Source of the DNA: Octopus sinensis
Taxonomy: Eukaryota
DNA length: 64,000 nt
Direction: 5' to 3'
NCBI RefSeq assembly: GCF_006345805.1
Contig: NC_042998.1
Location: 11,408,001 to 11,472,000 of the forward strand
Under the pieces are notes generated by a model, which was not told the DNA's origin, did no database searches, and worked only from the letters and a program-made list of their open reading frames with translations. Within the stretch, counting starts at the first letter, position 1. Each line of letters starts with the position of its first letter. Both the position numbers and the translations under genes were made by a program. Positions 14,641 to 28,106 of the stretch are shown here, in pieces.

Positions 14641-15636
14641 AACAAAACTATCCTGTTGTTGGTGTTGAAATTCCCATGAAGGAGCCTTGAATCTAGATTA
14701 GAAACCGGCTCTTTCTCTATTTGCAAGAAATGTTGAAATAAAAACTGAACAATGACATACATACATATATATACGAGCATGTCTAGGTATGCAAGTATAT
14801 ATGCATGATAAGACATATGTAAGACATTCGTAAAACAAAACAGCATAAGCAGCCAAGGTGACAAGATGGCGGCACAGCCGGAAGTCGATAGCCGATACAC
14901 AAGAGAGATAACCCCCGTTGATGCCATTGAGTTGTGAGGCATTTCGTCCTCCATATTCTTAAGAGGCCTTGGGCCAACGGGTTTTGGGATCTGACGATAC
15001 GCCATAAGATTAAACCCTTTATGGACGGGAAACCTGAGGTAATCCCATAAAACGGCCTTTCCCACTTTTCATATATACTCCTCTATATCTTAGAGTGCGC
15101 TTCTTCTTTAGGATATGTTTTTTACAGACATTATATGCGTGAGTGTATGTGTGTATGTGTGTGTGTGTGTATTTGTGTGTGTGTGTGTGTGTGTGTGCGT
15201 GTGTGTATGTGTGTGTATTTAATATTTTGGACTAATGAGTACATGTCGATTAGTGTGTTGAAGTGTTGAGCAGAGCACTTGCACTGTTTGGGCTATCTGG
15301 AGTCATCCGTATACATACATACAAAAATACCCTGTGTGTGTTTAAATTCCAATGAATGAGCCTTGGATCTAGGTTAGAAACCGACTCCTTCTCTACTGGC
15401 AAGAAATCTTGAAATAAAGTTCAATAATGATATGCATGCATACATCAGCCTACGTCGATAATGATCGCCGTAATGTTCGATGAATCGATTGGGTTGAGGT
15501 TTATTTTGTTCCACAAAAAATTGATGTAAAGCCGAAAAGGACGTTACAGGAAACGTTAAGGCATGCATGTATGTATGTATGTAAATATGCATATAAATAT
15601 GCATGTATGTATGTATATATGTACACGTGTGTGTGG

Positions 15637-15674
<38 letters not shown>

Positions 15675-17701
15675 TCGTTTTCGATACTGACAGAATCCGA
15701 TCAAAAATTCCTAAGGTATCGGATTCTTCATAATGGTACTGCCAGGCCTTGTTCTTGCGGACAAACACAACTCTGTGTGTGTGTGTAGGGGGGTAGGGCT
15801 GATGATGATCATGATCATGACGATGACGACTAGTTAGCCGAAACATCGATTTCACAGTCAACCTTGCAAATGTAATATGATTCTTTACTAAAGAGTATTG
15901 AGTGATCCTTTACTTCACAGATGGACCGTATCTTTACATAAAGATAAACATTAATGTTTGCATACATACATGAAATATAAATATATATATATATACAAAC
16001 ACACGCGCATACACACATATATATGTATAAATGACCGTGAATGAACAAATTATACAACTATAATTACTAACTTGAAAACTCGTGTGGACGAATGGAACCT
16101 GCCGTTTTATGGTGTCTCTTTCCTTTTACTCTACTTGCATATAACCTGTGCGTCGTATACACGCGTTTGCTTCCATCACTCACTCTCTCTCTCTCTCTCT
16201 TTCACTGTCACTCACTCTCTCTCTCTTCTCTCTCACTTTCTCTTTTTCCTCACTCTCTCTCTCTTTCTCTCTTTCTCTCTTTCTCCATTTCTTTTCTCTC
16301 TCAATCTTTTTTATTAGCAGGATTAACTTCATATCCATATTAACTTGTTTTGTTCAAATATGCTTGCGACATATTCGAATCCATAAGAAAGCCATTCACT
16401 GTATTCTGTCGCAGAGAAAATCTCGTTGTAGTCAGTTCGCAGCGTTCCCTAATCAGACTGTTAGATGCATGCATTCCAGAGTGGTTACCTCTTCTTCAGC
16501 AGAGACCGAAGAGGTAGGCGCTACGAACTGACACACAAAACCGGTCACCCAGTATTTTAACTTTACATCGGTATTTTCTCTCTTCTTGACCATGTTATGG
16601 GCATCAAAATATAAAATAATCGATTAATGAATTTATTTCTCATTTGTAAAAAAAAAAAAACACGAGATCAACTTTACTCTCCTCAATATAAGTTCAATAC
16701 AATATATACCAATAAAACACTGTGATTATTTTAATTTACTGTTCGCGAAATAATTAACTATGTGCAGAAGCATGACATTGCTTACGGCTCCAACAATCTT
16801 TCACCGAGGTCTATTGTAACATTGCAAAAATCACCAGAAGAAAAAAAGAGGGTGAGAGAGAAGGGAGAGAGAGAGAAGGGGGAGAAAGAGAAGGGGAGAG
16901 AGAGAAGGGGAGAGAGAGTTACCTTCAATTCCCCCATTGTCCAACTGATACCAAATCGCGTTGGTTCACAAACGGTCACTCTAGCACATATGAACTCTCA
17001 ACCTGAGTTCATATGATACCTGGGGATCCATATAAGATTTTTGGGTGTCCAAACAAACAAAATAGTAAACTGAGGATGCACAGTAGCATATTAAGGACCC
17101 ATGAAAAAATTTACTTCAGATGTATTTATTGCAAGAAAGAGCTAAGTTTCTTTCTTTGACGTTTTACAAAGTTCAACCTACACGAGTTGATATGTGAAAA
17201 ACAAAATAGAAATTCTGAAAGAAGTATCTGTAAAACTAGTGTTCGAACATCGAATGGCTGTGGGAAGACCACCAGAGTAAAATACTGATCAAAGGGGTTC
17301 ATAAGTAAAAAATTGTTGAGAACCACTTCTCTCGCAAATGTAGGTTTCTGACTAATTGACGTGTTGTGATATGGCGATTATTAAACAGACGGTCAAAGTC
17401 GCTTGAACAAAAACATTGCAGTCGCGAGTACAGTGCTGCAGATGGCTGGCGTGCTTATTGAAAAGTTCGATTATATTCTGGTCAGACATTGTATATGGTG
17501 TATGCGTGTATTTATATCAACACACACACACACACACACACATTTATATGTGAGTGTTATCTCTTCTGTCACTCTTCGTATGTACATTATAAATTTTGCG
17601 CCTCTAAATATTCAAAAGCTGTTCGACGTATGGAAATGATGGCGTTGATGTAATGGCGTAAGAAGGTGCGCTTCTACTTTCGGATTTGTTTTTTACAGAC
17701 A

Positions 17702-17742
<41 letters not shown>

Positions 17743-18249
17743 CATTGACTAAAACTTACAATATATACGTTAGCACGGATTTTTGTCAGTGAACAGGTCG
17801 CGGTCTTAAAGCGACGAAAATATTTTGACAAATTAAACTTAAATGTTGAAGTGAATCGAACGGCTTTTGTGTGTTTCTTAAATGGCTTACAAACACCTTC
17901 CACGCTGCAATTGTTTTCGTTTCAGCACACGATCTCAGATCAAATCACTTGCTATGCAAGTACATCTCCGTTTATGAATTTGTTTTGCAAGATTCATGGT
18001 TTGAAATTGTGTATTGAAACAGTTATTGTTATATGTCCATTTTCTTTTTCTTTTCTTTTCTTTTTTCACTCACTATATGTTCATTCCAAGTGAAGAACGA
18101 ATATATAGTGCATGTGTATATTTGGCAAGAAAAAAAATGGCCGTCCCGGAATATAACAATATTATAAAACACACACACACACACACACACATACATATAT
18201 ATGTATAAATGTATGTATGTGTGTATGTATATATATATATATATAAACC

Positions 18250-18292
<43 letters not shown>

Positions 18293-18336
18293 ATAAACCT
18301 ATATATAAATATATGTTCATATATATATATATACAT

Positions 18337-18387
<51 letters not shown>

Positions 18388-18431
18388 ATAAACCTATATA
18401 TAAATATATGTTCATATATATATATATACAT

Positions 18432-18475
<44 letters not shown>

Positions 18476-18917
18476 TATATATGAACATATATTTATGTGT
18501 GTGTTTGTGTATGTATGTATGTATGTATCAAGAAATTTTTCGTTATGTTAGTCTTCCAAACCACGCCACCATCACTACCACCACTTGCTGGATTCCGATG
18601 TACGCCTTTCCCACTTCCATTCCTATCGCCCTATCTATCGGATGCCGCTCCAACGTTTAAATCTGTCAAATGTGACTGCCTTCACGTACGCCAAAAATAT
18701 CCAAGGCGACATGCCCTATATATGACTGTGAAAGCGCGCGTCTGTATTTTAGTGTGTATGCATATATCCGTTCACAAACATCACACATGCATATACACAT
18801 GAATCCATTTCACCCCACATACACTAACATACATAGACATACACTCGCACATGCGAGAATATACATATATGCGTGTGTGTGTACGTGTGTATATGTGTGT
18901 GTACGTGTGTATATGTA

Positions 18918-18960
<43 letters not shown>

Positions 18961-19135
18961 GAGAAATAGAGATTATGTGTATCTGCTTTCCTAAACTTAT
19001 ATATTTGTCGATATGGTATATGTGTGTGTGTTTGTACATACATACATGCATACATTTAATACATTTATATACTCATATATACTATATTATGTTTGTTTCT
19101 GTATGTATATATCTATATCTATCTATCTATTTATC

Positions 19136-19187
<52 letters not shown>

Positions 19188-19668
19188 ACATACTATATAT
19201 ATATATATAAATGTATACATTTATATATACATATATATATACTCTCTCTCTCTTTACTCTTTTACTTGTTTCAGTCATTTGACTGCGGCCATGCTGGGGC
19301 ACCGCCTTTAGTCGAGCAAATCGACCCCGGGACTTATTCTTTGTAAGCCCAGTACTTATTCTATCGGTCTCTTTTGCCGAACCGCTAAGTGACGGGGACG
19401 TAAACACACCACCATATACAGACAAACACAGACACACACATATATATACATATATACGACAGGCTTCTTTCAGTTTCCGTCTACCAAATCCACTCACAAG
19501 GCATTGGTCGGCCCGGGGCTATAGCAGAAGACATTTGCCCAAGATGCCACGCAGTGGGACTGAACCCGGAACCATGTGGTTGGTTAGCAAGCTACTTACC
19601 ACACAGCCACTCCTGCGCCTATGTATACATTTATACATTTATATATATACATATATATATATACATAT

Positions 19669-19730
<62 letters not shown>

Positions 19731-19762
19731 AGATATATAGATATATATATATACATATATAA

Positions 19763-19795
<33 letters not shown>

Positions 19796-20078
19796 TAAAT
19801 AGATATAGATATAGATATACATACATACATATATACGTACATTCATACATATATACATAGATACATAGATACATACATATATACATACATTCATACTTAT
19901 ATACATAGATACATATATATACGTGCTTATACGGATATAAACACACATCTTGAAAGCTTTACTTGTTAAATCTTTTTGTTCGTGTCACCTTACAACTTTT
20001 TTTTAATATTTTTGCGTTGGTGTTTTTCTTTACTCCACTTTCCACACAATTTTTGTTTTTCTTGCATCTCTGTTTTCC

Positions 20079-20138
<60 letters not shown>

Positions 20139-23100
20139 TGTTTAGGCTGATCTATTTATTTTGTCACTTTGTATCAGCAGTAGGGTGATGAAAGTATGTT
20201 GAAGGAGAGACGCTCTTGTTTCTATAGAACTTTCCCAGTGACCCAAATGTCAGTAGAACAAAAACTTGACCTCCGTCACTAGGTCAGTGGAATAGTGTGT
20301 TAGTAGAACGGTTGGTTGGAATTTGTCATCAGGAAAATATGTCCCTATATATATATATGTATGTGGTGATGATGATGATGATGATGATATTTATTTCAGG
20401 TGAACTCTGGCAGCAAACTTATGATCAAAGGTGTTCCAGTCGGGAACACAACGTCTTTCTTTTTAAAAAATTAACTATACGGTTTGATTTGAAGAATAAT
20501 CTTCCTGTTATTTCTACCTGGCAGTGCGACTAGTCTGAGCTTGCTATGACTTATTAACATCGCAAGTCCACAGACCTTGTTGATGTGGTTCTTGTTGATG
20601 GGGTTCTTATTGAAGTGGTTCTTGTTGTTTAGTCTCAGATCAGCATTCTAACCATGACCATCTCTATTTAGGACATTATGTGTACCCTTATTTAAAACAT
20701 TATATTGATATTTGAGGGATATTTTCAGTGCTATTTCTATTATGTCATGTGACTTCAGACATTCTCTTTATTAGTCAACTCACAAATATATTTTGTGAAG
20801 ATCTGTTAAAGATCATCAAATCAATCTCTTAACGAGCGCGTCTTAACAGCACTGAAGGTCCCCAGGCAAAGCAATACCAAGGCATCTAGTCTTATTTATT
20901 ACAAAAAGCGACAGTATACATTAATAAGTACTGTGTGCTGGGCAAATGTTGAGGGTGCAAGACCATGCCTTAAAACTGTATCGGTCCTTAGTTGTTGTGC
21001 CGATGGTTGTGATGGTGGTGCTGCTGCTTTCGGTGTGGGATTCGACATCTCTATACCAACTTTGATTCATCAAACTTATAATCAATCGCATTCCAGCCTT
21101 GAACATCACGTTTTGTATATCTAGGAACACATAATTAATTCAATGTGTCGTTCCATTTTCTTTCAAGACGTGATGTCATTTTCATTTGACGATTTGGCTG
21201 TTACTTTTAGCAGACCAATCATTCAAAGTGAAATCTGTCTACAGACTACTTTGCCTTTTCTTTCATCTCTCCAGAATTTATAGCACCTATGCAAGAAACC
21301 ATTATTTCTTAGAGTTTGTTCATTTGATGGCTAGTAGATTGGATAGAGCACCAGAAAAAAATTCTTCACAGAATAGTTGTAATTCCTCGGGTTCTGAGTT
21401 CAAATTCCATCGAAGTCAACTTGGCTTTATTCATCCCTTCGGAGTCCATTTCGTTAGCTATGTAATCTATGGAAAGTCTAAATTAATTCCGCACCCCAAC
21501 ACTTCCATCCATTTATGAGATCTCGTTCCTATTGCTCTTATTATTGCTCTTATCACCAGGAAGGATGACAGTATCGATGGAGTACCTTGTCGCCCTTATT
21601 GATAATCTTTTACGTTCTGAGCACACATTCTGTTAAATTTACTTTCCTTTTCAATTTATTTTTGGAACAGTATACACTTAATTAGTTGTTTATTCCTTTG
21701 AATTTTGTGACCATATGGCACAGTTAGAAACTATTGTAAATGGATTGAAGAGCAAGAATTCCGGAGCGCCATGTCTCTATGCGGCAAAAAGGAATTTCTG
21801 TTACATCTCTTTGAGTATCAACAATGCATGCCAATTCTGCAGTCTGCAGAATCTGTTATTATTTAACGAACGCTACAGTTACTTTGATATTACTGGAACA
21901 AAGACAGGTTACCAAAGAATAAAGCAGTCGGAGTTTTCTTCTTACAAGACAATGTTCTACAAGGACTTTGCAGTACTTGTGTAGGTGCCATCAAAAGCTA
22001 AAACTTTTGTTAAATAAAAGCTGAAAAATTTATTATTTTCAGATCAAATGATTAAATTATGCATCTTACTCTGCCTAACAGACTGGTAATATTTTGATTT
22101 AGGATTGGCAATCCTTGACACAATAATAAACTGTCAAGTGCTGATAAACTAACATAGTTACAGCTGGAACGCCACTGATAAATGTCTCATCAATATAGCT
22201 GGCATGGGACTAAAAACAAAAAAGATATTATATCTCACAACAACCAACCAACGACAGAGCGTCTATGTGATTGCTCAAATTGTTAAAAATAACAACCACA
22301 TTCCTTCTAACGGAAAAACACATTGGCTAATGTATTCCAAGACAAACTATGTCCGAATAATAGATAATACAAATAATCTTAAAGTTTCATATATCGTATA
22401 TTGTCGTATATTGTCATATAGCGTACTATATACTAACGCAGCATAAAAATTACATTAAGGATACGCGTTTGTTGAATACTCGCCACATATACGTTAGCTT
22501 AATATATGATTCAGTTGATTTGAACAAGTGAATGTTTATCGACGGAACTCACCATGGATTCAATGTGGAAATAAACAATCCTTTCTATAGGGACAAAGCC
22601 TGAAATAATTTGATTGGGGTCTAGTCAATTACATCGACCTCAGGGCTCAACTAGTATTTATTTATCGACTCCGTAAGGATGAAAGGCAAAGGTGATCACG
22701 GTGGAATTAGAAGACAGAGCGTAACGGCGGACGAATTACCGCTATGCGTTTTGTCCTACTTGCTAACGATTTTGCCGATTCGCCGCCTTACTATCCGAAT
22801 AAACAATAAATTTGATTGGCTATTACTGTTCAAATCAGTCATTATTTTACAATGTTATAACAACTTGTGATAGACCCAATGATAGACCCAATCCAGTCGA
22901 CCATACCCTCTAAAATTCATGATACATATACCAATCCTTGAGGTTCTCTCAGGGTTTACTGAGAGTTAGCTGGCGTTGTAAGTGATCAACAGCTTAGATG
23001 TCCATTTGAAGCCATTTTATCAAGATGGTGGAAAGCAGCCTTATCTCCATACATATTCACTCACCTGTATTCTTTTTATAGCCTTACACTGCTGACTTAC

Positions 23101-26100
23101 GCTTCGGAGTGTATGTTCAAATTATTTGAGCACTACAAAGTGTTTTCTATATTGAACATCTCTGGATCGCACTTGTTGACTATATATATATATATATATT
23201 ATATATATATATATAATATATATATATATATATAATATATATATATATAGCGTCTGTGAACACATAAATGAATTCTTGCATGTGCTCGTACATATATACA
23301 TATATACATTATATACATCCACACACATTCATATATATATATACAAAGTCACGTATTTAATATTTGATGTGTTTTTGCATATATATCTGAATGTATGTCA
23401 GTCTCTTTTTGCCACGAAATCACCATGTGTTCAACATCTTACATATAGCACCTGATAAAAGAACTCGATGATAAAAAGAATGAGTGAAAACCAAAGATGA
23501 GGGATGATAGTAGCCTGTCATCATCCTGCAGTAATCTGTAGGTTCAATGATTACTGTACGTGCGTTCTCTCTGCAGGAAATCAAACTTACTCATAAAAGT
23601 CTTATGTGAATATCACCATATACCTTTGTTATTTGGACAAATAAGCTGAGATTTCATCATGCCATATTTAGTATGTGCCAATTCTATACTGAACATGGAT
23701 TTTAATTCTGCAATTGTTGCTCTTCATCTCTGGGTTAAATTTGATTGAACTGGCTTATACACAAGGGTCCACCCCATCTTTCTTATGGGCATTGCATATC
23801 TGGGACTACATCGTTTTATATCTCCTGCTCTTCTTTATAGAGTAAAATTTGAGAGATATAAGACTGATATTTCTATAAAATCATGCAACAATGTAATACT
23901 TGGTAGAATTGATACCACGTCGTACAATATATTTTGTGGCATTTGGTTATATATCTTGATACAAAAATCATGAACTTATGATACTTGGTTATTTCGTCAA
24001 GATGAACAAGTAAATACCTTGCCAGTAATTCGCAAACCTTGCACAAGATCACAGATAAGTACAGTCTTTCATTATCATACATTATCTCTTTAACACTAAA
24101 TATCATAGAAATTATATATTATCTATCAATATGCTATAAGTAATATGTTTCTGCCTCAGCTCAAAGATATGAATTAAAATTATTATAAAAGCCGAATTTC
24201 GATTTCTTACAGTATACTGTTTACTGTCTAACTGTTCTGAACCGAGTTTGTGTCCTTGTTTACCGGGTACGGATGGGTGTACCTTCTCTGATAAAGCTAT
24301 AAGAAGACTGAAAACTAGTTGGAACGATGCCACTTTTTCTTATTTAGAGACAAAACTTGTGGTATAAACATCACTTTCCATCACTTATGCGTAGTGGGGA
24401 ATGTTACTGTTTTTTTACTCTTTGTATTTTATATAAATTACTACAAAACTTATTAACAAATAGGTTGGAAAAGAAATGAAAAAATGACATACCACGTTGT
24501 TATTTTATTTATCTATTTATTTATAGATTTACAAAAAACAGAGAAGTCCCTTTAGGAGAAACTGGTATCAACAAAATCGAGTTGGAAGCAAACGCGTTCG
24601 ATCTCCACGTAAGTTATTATATATCTTATATCTATAGATGTGTGTGGGTGTGCTACTAATTTACATTGTTATTATGTATGTATGTATGTGTGCGAGCATG
24701 GTCTCAGGTTAGATCTCGCTAAGCCGAGATATCACAGCATGTCATTTTGAGTAACTGGCATTTACTTTAGCCTCGGATCGATGCAACTTTTGTGTATGAT
24801 ATAGGCAGAAACTGTTTGGAAGCCTTTTGGATGGATTGTACATAGAATTCAAATGTCTCACTTTGTCATTCACTCTGACAGACTGATTCTACTTGAAGTT
24901 ATACTAAGGATACGTGTGTGAAGAGCCCTTAAACTCATGACGGATTAATGCGGAACTTACAACTCTTGTGTCCTGACTAGGAATTCTCATTTGTAACTGT
25001 CATGATAGGTGCATTGGGCTATATACCAACAAACTTGCATAAAAAGAAAACTTAGAAATACTCGGTTTTGCGAAGGAAGAGCTAAAGAAACTGATACGGA
25101 TTCTTCAAATCCAATTTATTTGTGGATCAGTGAAGATTTGTAAGACATTCCAAAAATTCTCCATCTGAGATTCTTATAGGAACAGATGCACAAACTTGAC
25201 TGTATGTATTGACAATTCAACCAATACACTAACTCAACCACATATTTACAAACACCGGGAATTCTTTTGACTCAAAATGTCTTGTCGCTTTGTTACTGAC
25301 CGGCTTCAACACTCTCTATACATGGATATGTTAGTAGAAAGCTCCGAGATGATAGTAAAATTGATCATCAAAGCAGCTTATCGTGGACAAACCCGATTAC
25401 TACCTCCTACTTTGAAAGATAAGCTTTTGCAATCCAGGAACAGGAAATGTCAATCAAATACCTGATGCACAAAAGGGACAGAGATGCAGGAAAAGCAGTA
25501 AAATGTGACAACCGATGCAGACTTTGTGAAGATACCACTCACATCATAAGCAGTTGTTTGAAAATGTCATCATGGTATTATCTACCGATGAGACATGATA
25601 TTGTAGCTAGCAAACTGCATAACGAGATCCGTCGAATGGATATCCCCGAAGACAAAAAAATAAGAACCCACAGTATGGTGTAGCCATAGATACGCATAAT
25701 AAAAAGGAGTACTGGTGGAATGTCCCATTGAAAAACTCAATAAAATGTAAACACAATAGACCTGATATAATGATTCAGGATTGAGAAGAGAAACTGTGTA
25801 CAGTTGTGGAAATCAGCTGCCCCAGCGGATGTTAACATAAAGCTGAAGATCAGTGAGAAAGAGAATACCTACACTGAGCTATTGAGAAATCTGCTGTTAC
25901 GCTACCCAGATTACAAGTTCAGGTTTATATCTGTAATTATTGAGGCATTGGGATATGTAACACACTGCCTAAATACCAATCTTAAGAAATTAAGCTCCTC
26001 AAAACCAGAAAAGAGAAAGCTAATTCGAAGACTACAGATCCAAGCCGTCACTGGAACTGGAAAAGTATGTAAAACTTTCCAGAAGTTTATCATTTCTGTA

Positions 26101-27089
26101 TATATGAGCACGTCCAGATATGCAAGTATATGTATGGGAAGACACACATAAAACAAAACATACAAATCTGCACGTATACATACATATTTCGAGAAGTTTA
26201 TCTTTTAAGTATATATGAGCACGTCGAGATATGCAAGTATATGTATGGGAAGACACACATAAAACAAAACACACAAATCTGCACGTATACATACATACAT
26301 ACATACATACACATACATACATACATACATACATACATACATACATAGACATGCACACACACACATACATACATACACATGCACACATACATACACATAC
26401 ACACATACATACATACATACATACATACACACATACATATATACACACATACATACATAGCAGAAATGTTGTATGGAACAAAATGATGTTGTGGCATTTG
26501 GTTCCAAATCTATTACTCTCCTTTATACCAACTTCAATCTTACCTTTCATTCTTTCTTTACAAAGATCGGTAAAATAACTTACTGGGGTCGATCTAATCG
26601 GATAAAACAACTCTAAAGTTGATATATCGTTGATATATCCATCATAACTTCAGTCTAAGGACAGAAATTAGCGAACGAATGAAGGAATTAAAAGTTAAAC
26701 AATAAACTGTGATACAAATCTGATATGAACAAAATATTTCAATAGTTAGTTGTATATGTTCAGGAACGCCCCATTGTGCAATTTAGTCCCAAATTACATA
26801 CGATACCTCGATGGAATTGTTGTAGAGACTTTTGTACTATATTGCACCAGATTTTGTACAAGATTGTGGATAAACCAACAATACTTCGAGTAAACACAGA
26901 CAAGTGGGGCTGGTTCAGATTTCATTGAGAGTCAGATATCACGATGCAGACAGCAAAATTGTTCTAATGGGAGGAATAGCAATGAAATAGCGACAAAGGA
27001 TAAAACTATATATGAGAACATGTGAGTGAGTTCACATATGGGCTTATAGATTTATATCTGTGTGTGTATGCACGTATGTTTGTATAAAT

Positions 27090-27121
<32 letters not shown>

Positions 27122-28029
27122 TGTATGTATGTATGTATGTATGTATGTATGTATGTGTGTGCTTGTGATGCAGGCGTGGCTGTAAGTTCCCTTCAAAAAC
27201 ATATGGATTTGGGTTCAGTCCAACGGCGTAGGTGAGTGTCTTTTGTAAAGCGACTGGCCAACCATACTTACGACTATTTCGCAATAGTTCTAAATTCGTG
27301 CCATTGTCCCACAAGTGATGTGATTCGTTTCCATTTTTCCATAGAAACTTGTCAACTCATGGAGAAATATTAACTTAAATGGTAATAAATGAGAGTTGGT
27401 GATAGTAAAACTACTTATGTATATAACTATGTATGTTTATTTATATTTGTATACGTGCATGTATATTATATATGTATGTATGTATATACATACACATATA
27501 TACAAACCCAAACACATATGAACATTGAACTGTGTCAAACGAATGCTAGAGGAGTATATAATTTAAGCTGAATTTTTCTTCCGTGATTCGAGTTTCTCGC
27601 TACTACAATCTCCAAGCCAGATCGTTCTCGTCCTAAAATCGCAGTGGTATAAAACTAGAGTTGAAGATAAAAAGTGAGTTTCAATAAAAAGCATATCGTG
27701 AGCTTGTGTATGTACGCGTGTGCGTTTATTATTTTAAGCCGCTCGTATATGAACAATTTTCAGGCAAATAATTTCATAAATGAAATGATTTTGTACTGAT
27801 TCAATAGTTTGGGCTTTAAATTTTCCCCGAAAATTAAAACGATTGCTTCAAAATCAGAAAAAAAACCCTAAAAACTAATTGCACTCTATGAAATTTCAAT
27901 TCAAAATTACATTTGTAAACTAGACGTTTGGACTGTTTGTATTCGCTTCGTACACACACACTCGTATATCTATGGTCGTGATGTGTGTACTAACATATAT
28001 ATTAAGTATATATTATATATATACATACA

Positions 28030-28106
<77 letters not shown>

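Noticed and set aside
20581-20625. Three 15-bp tandem units (CRISPR-like?)
   Set aside because: No spacers; eukaryotic minisatellite inside a repeat.
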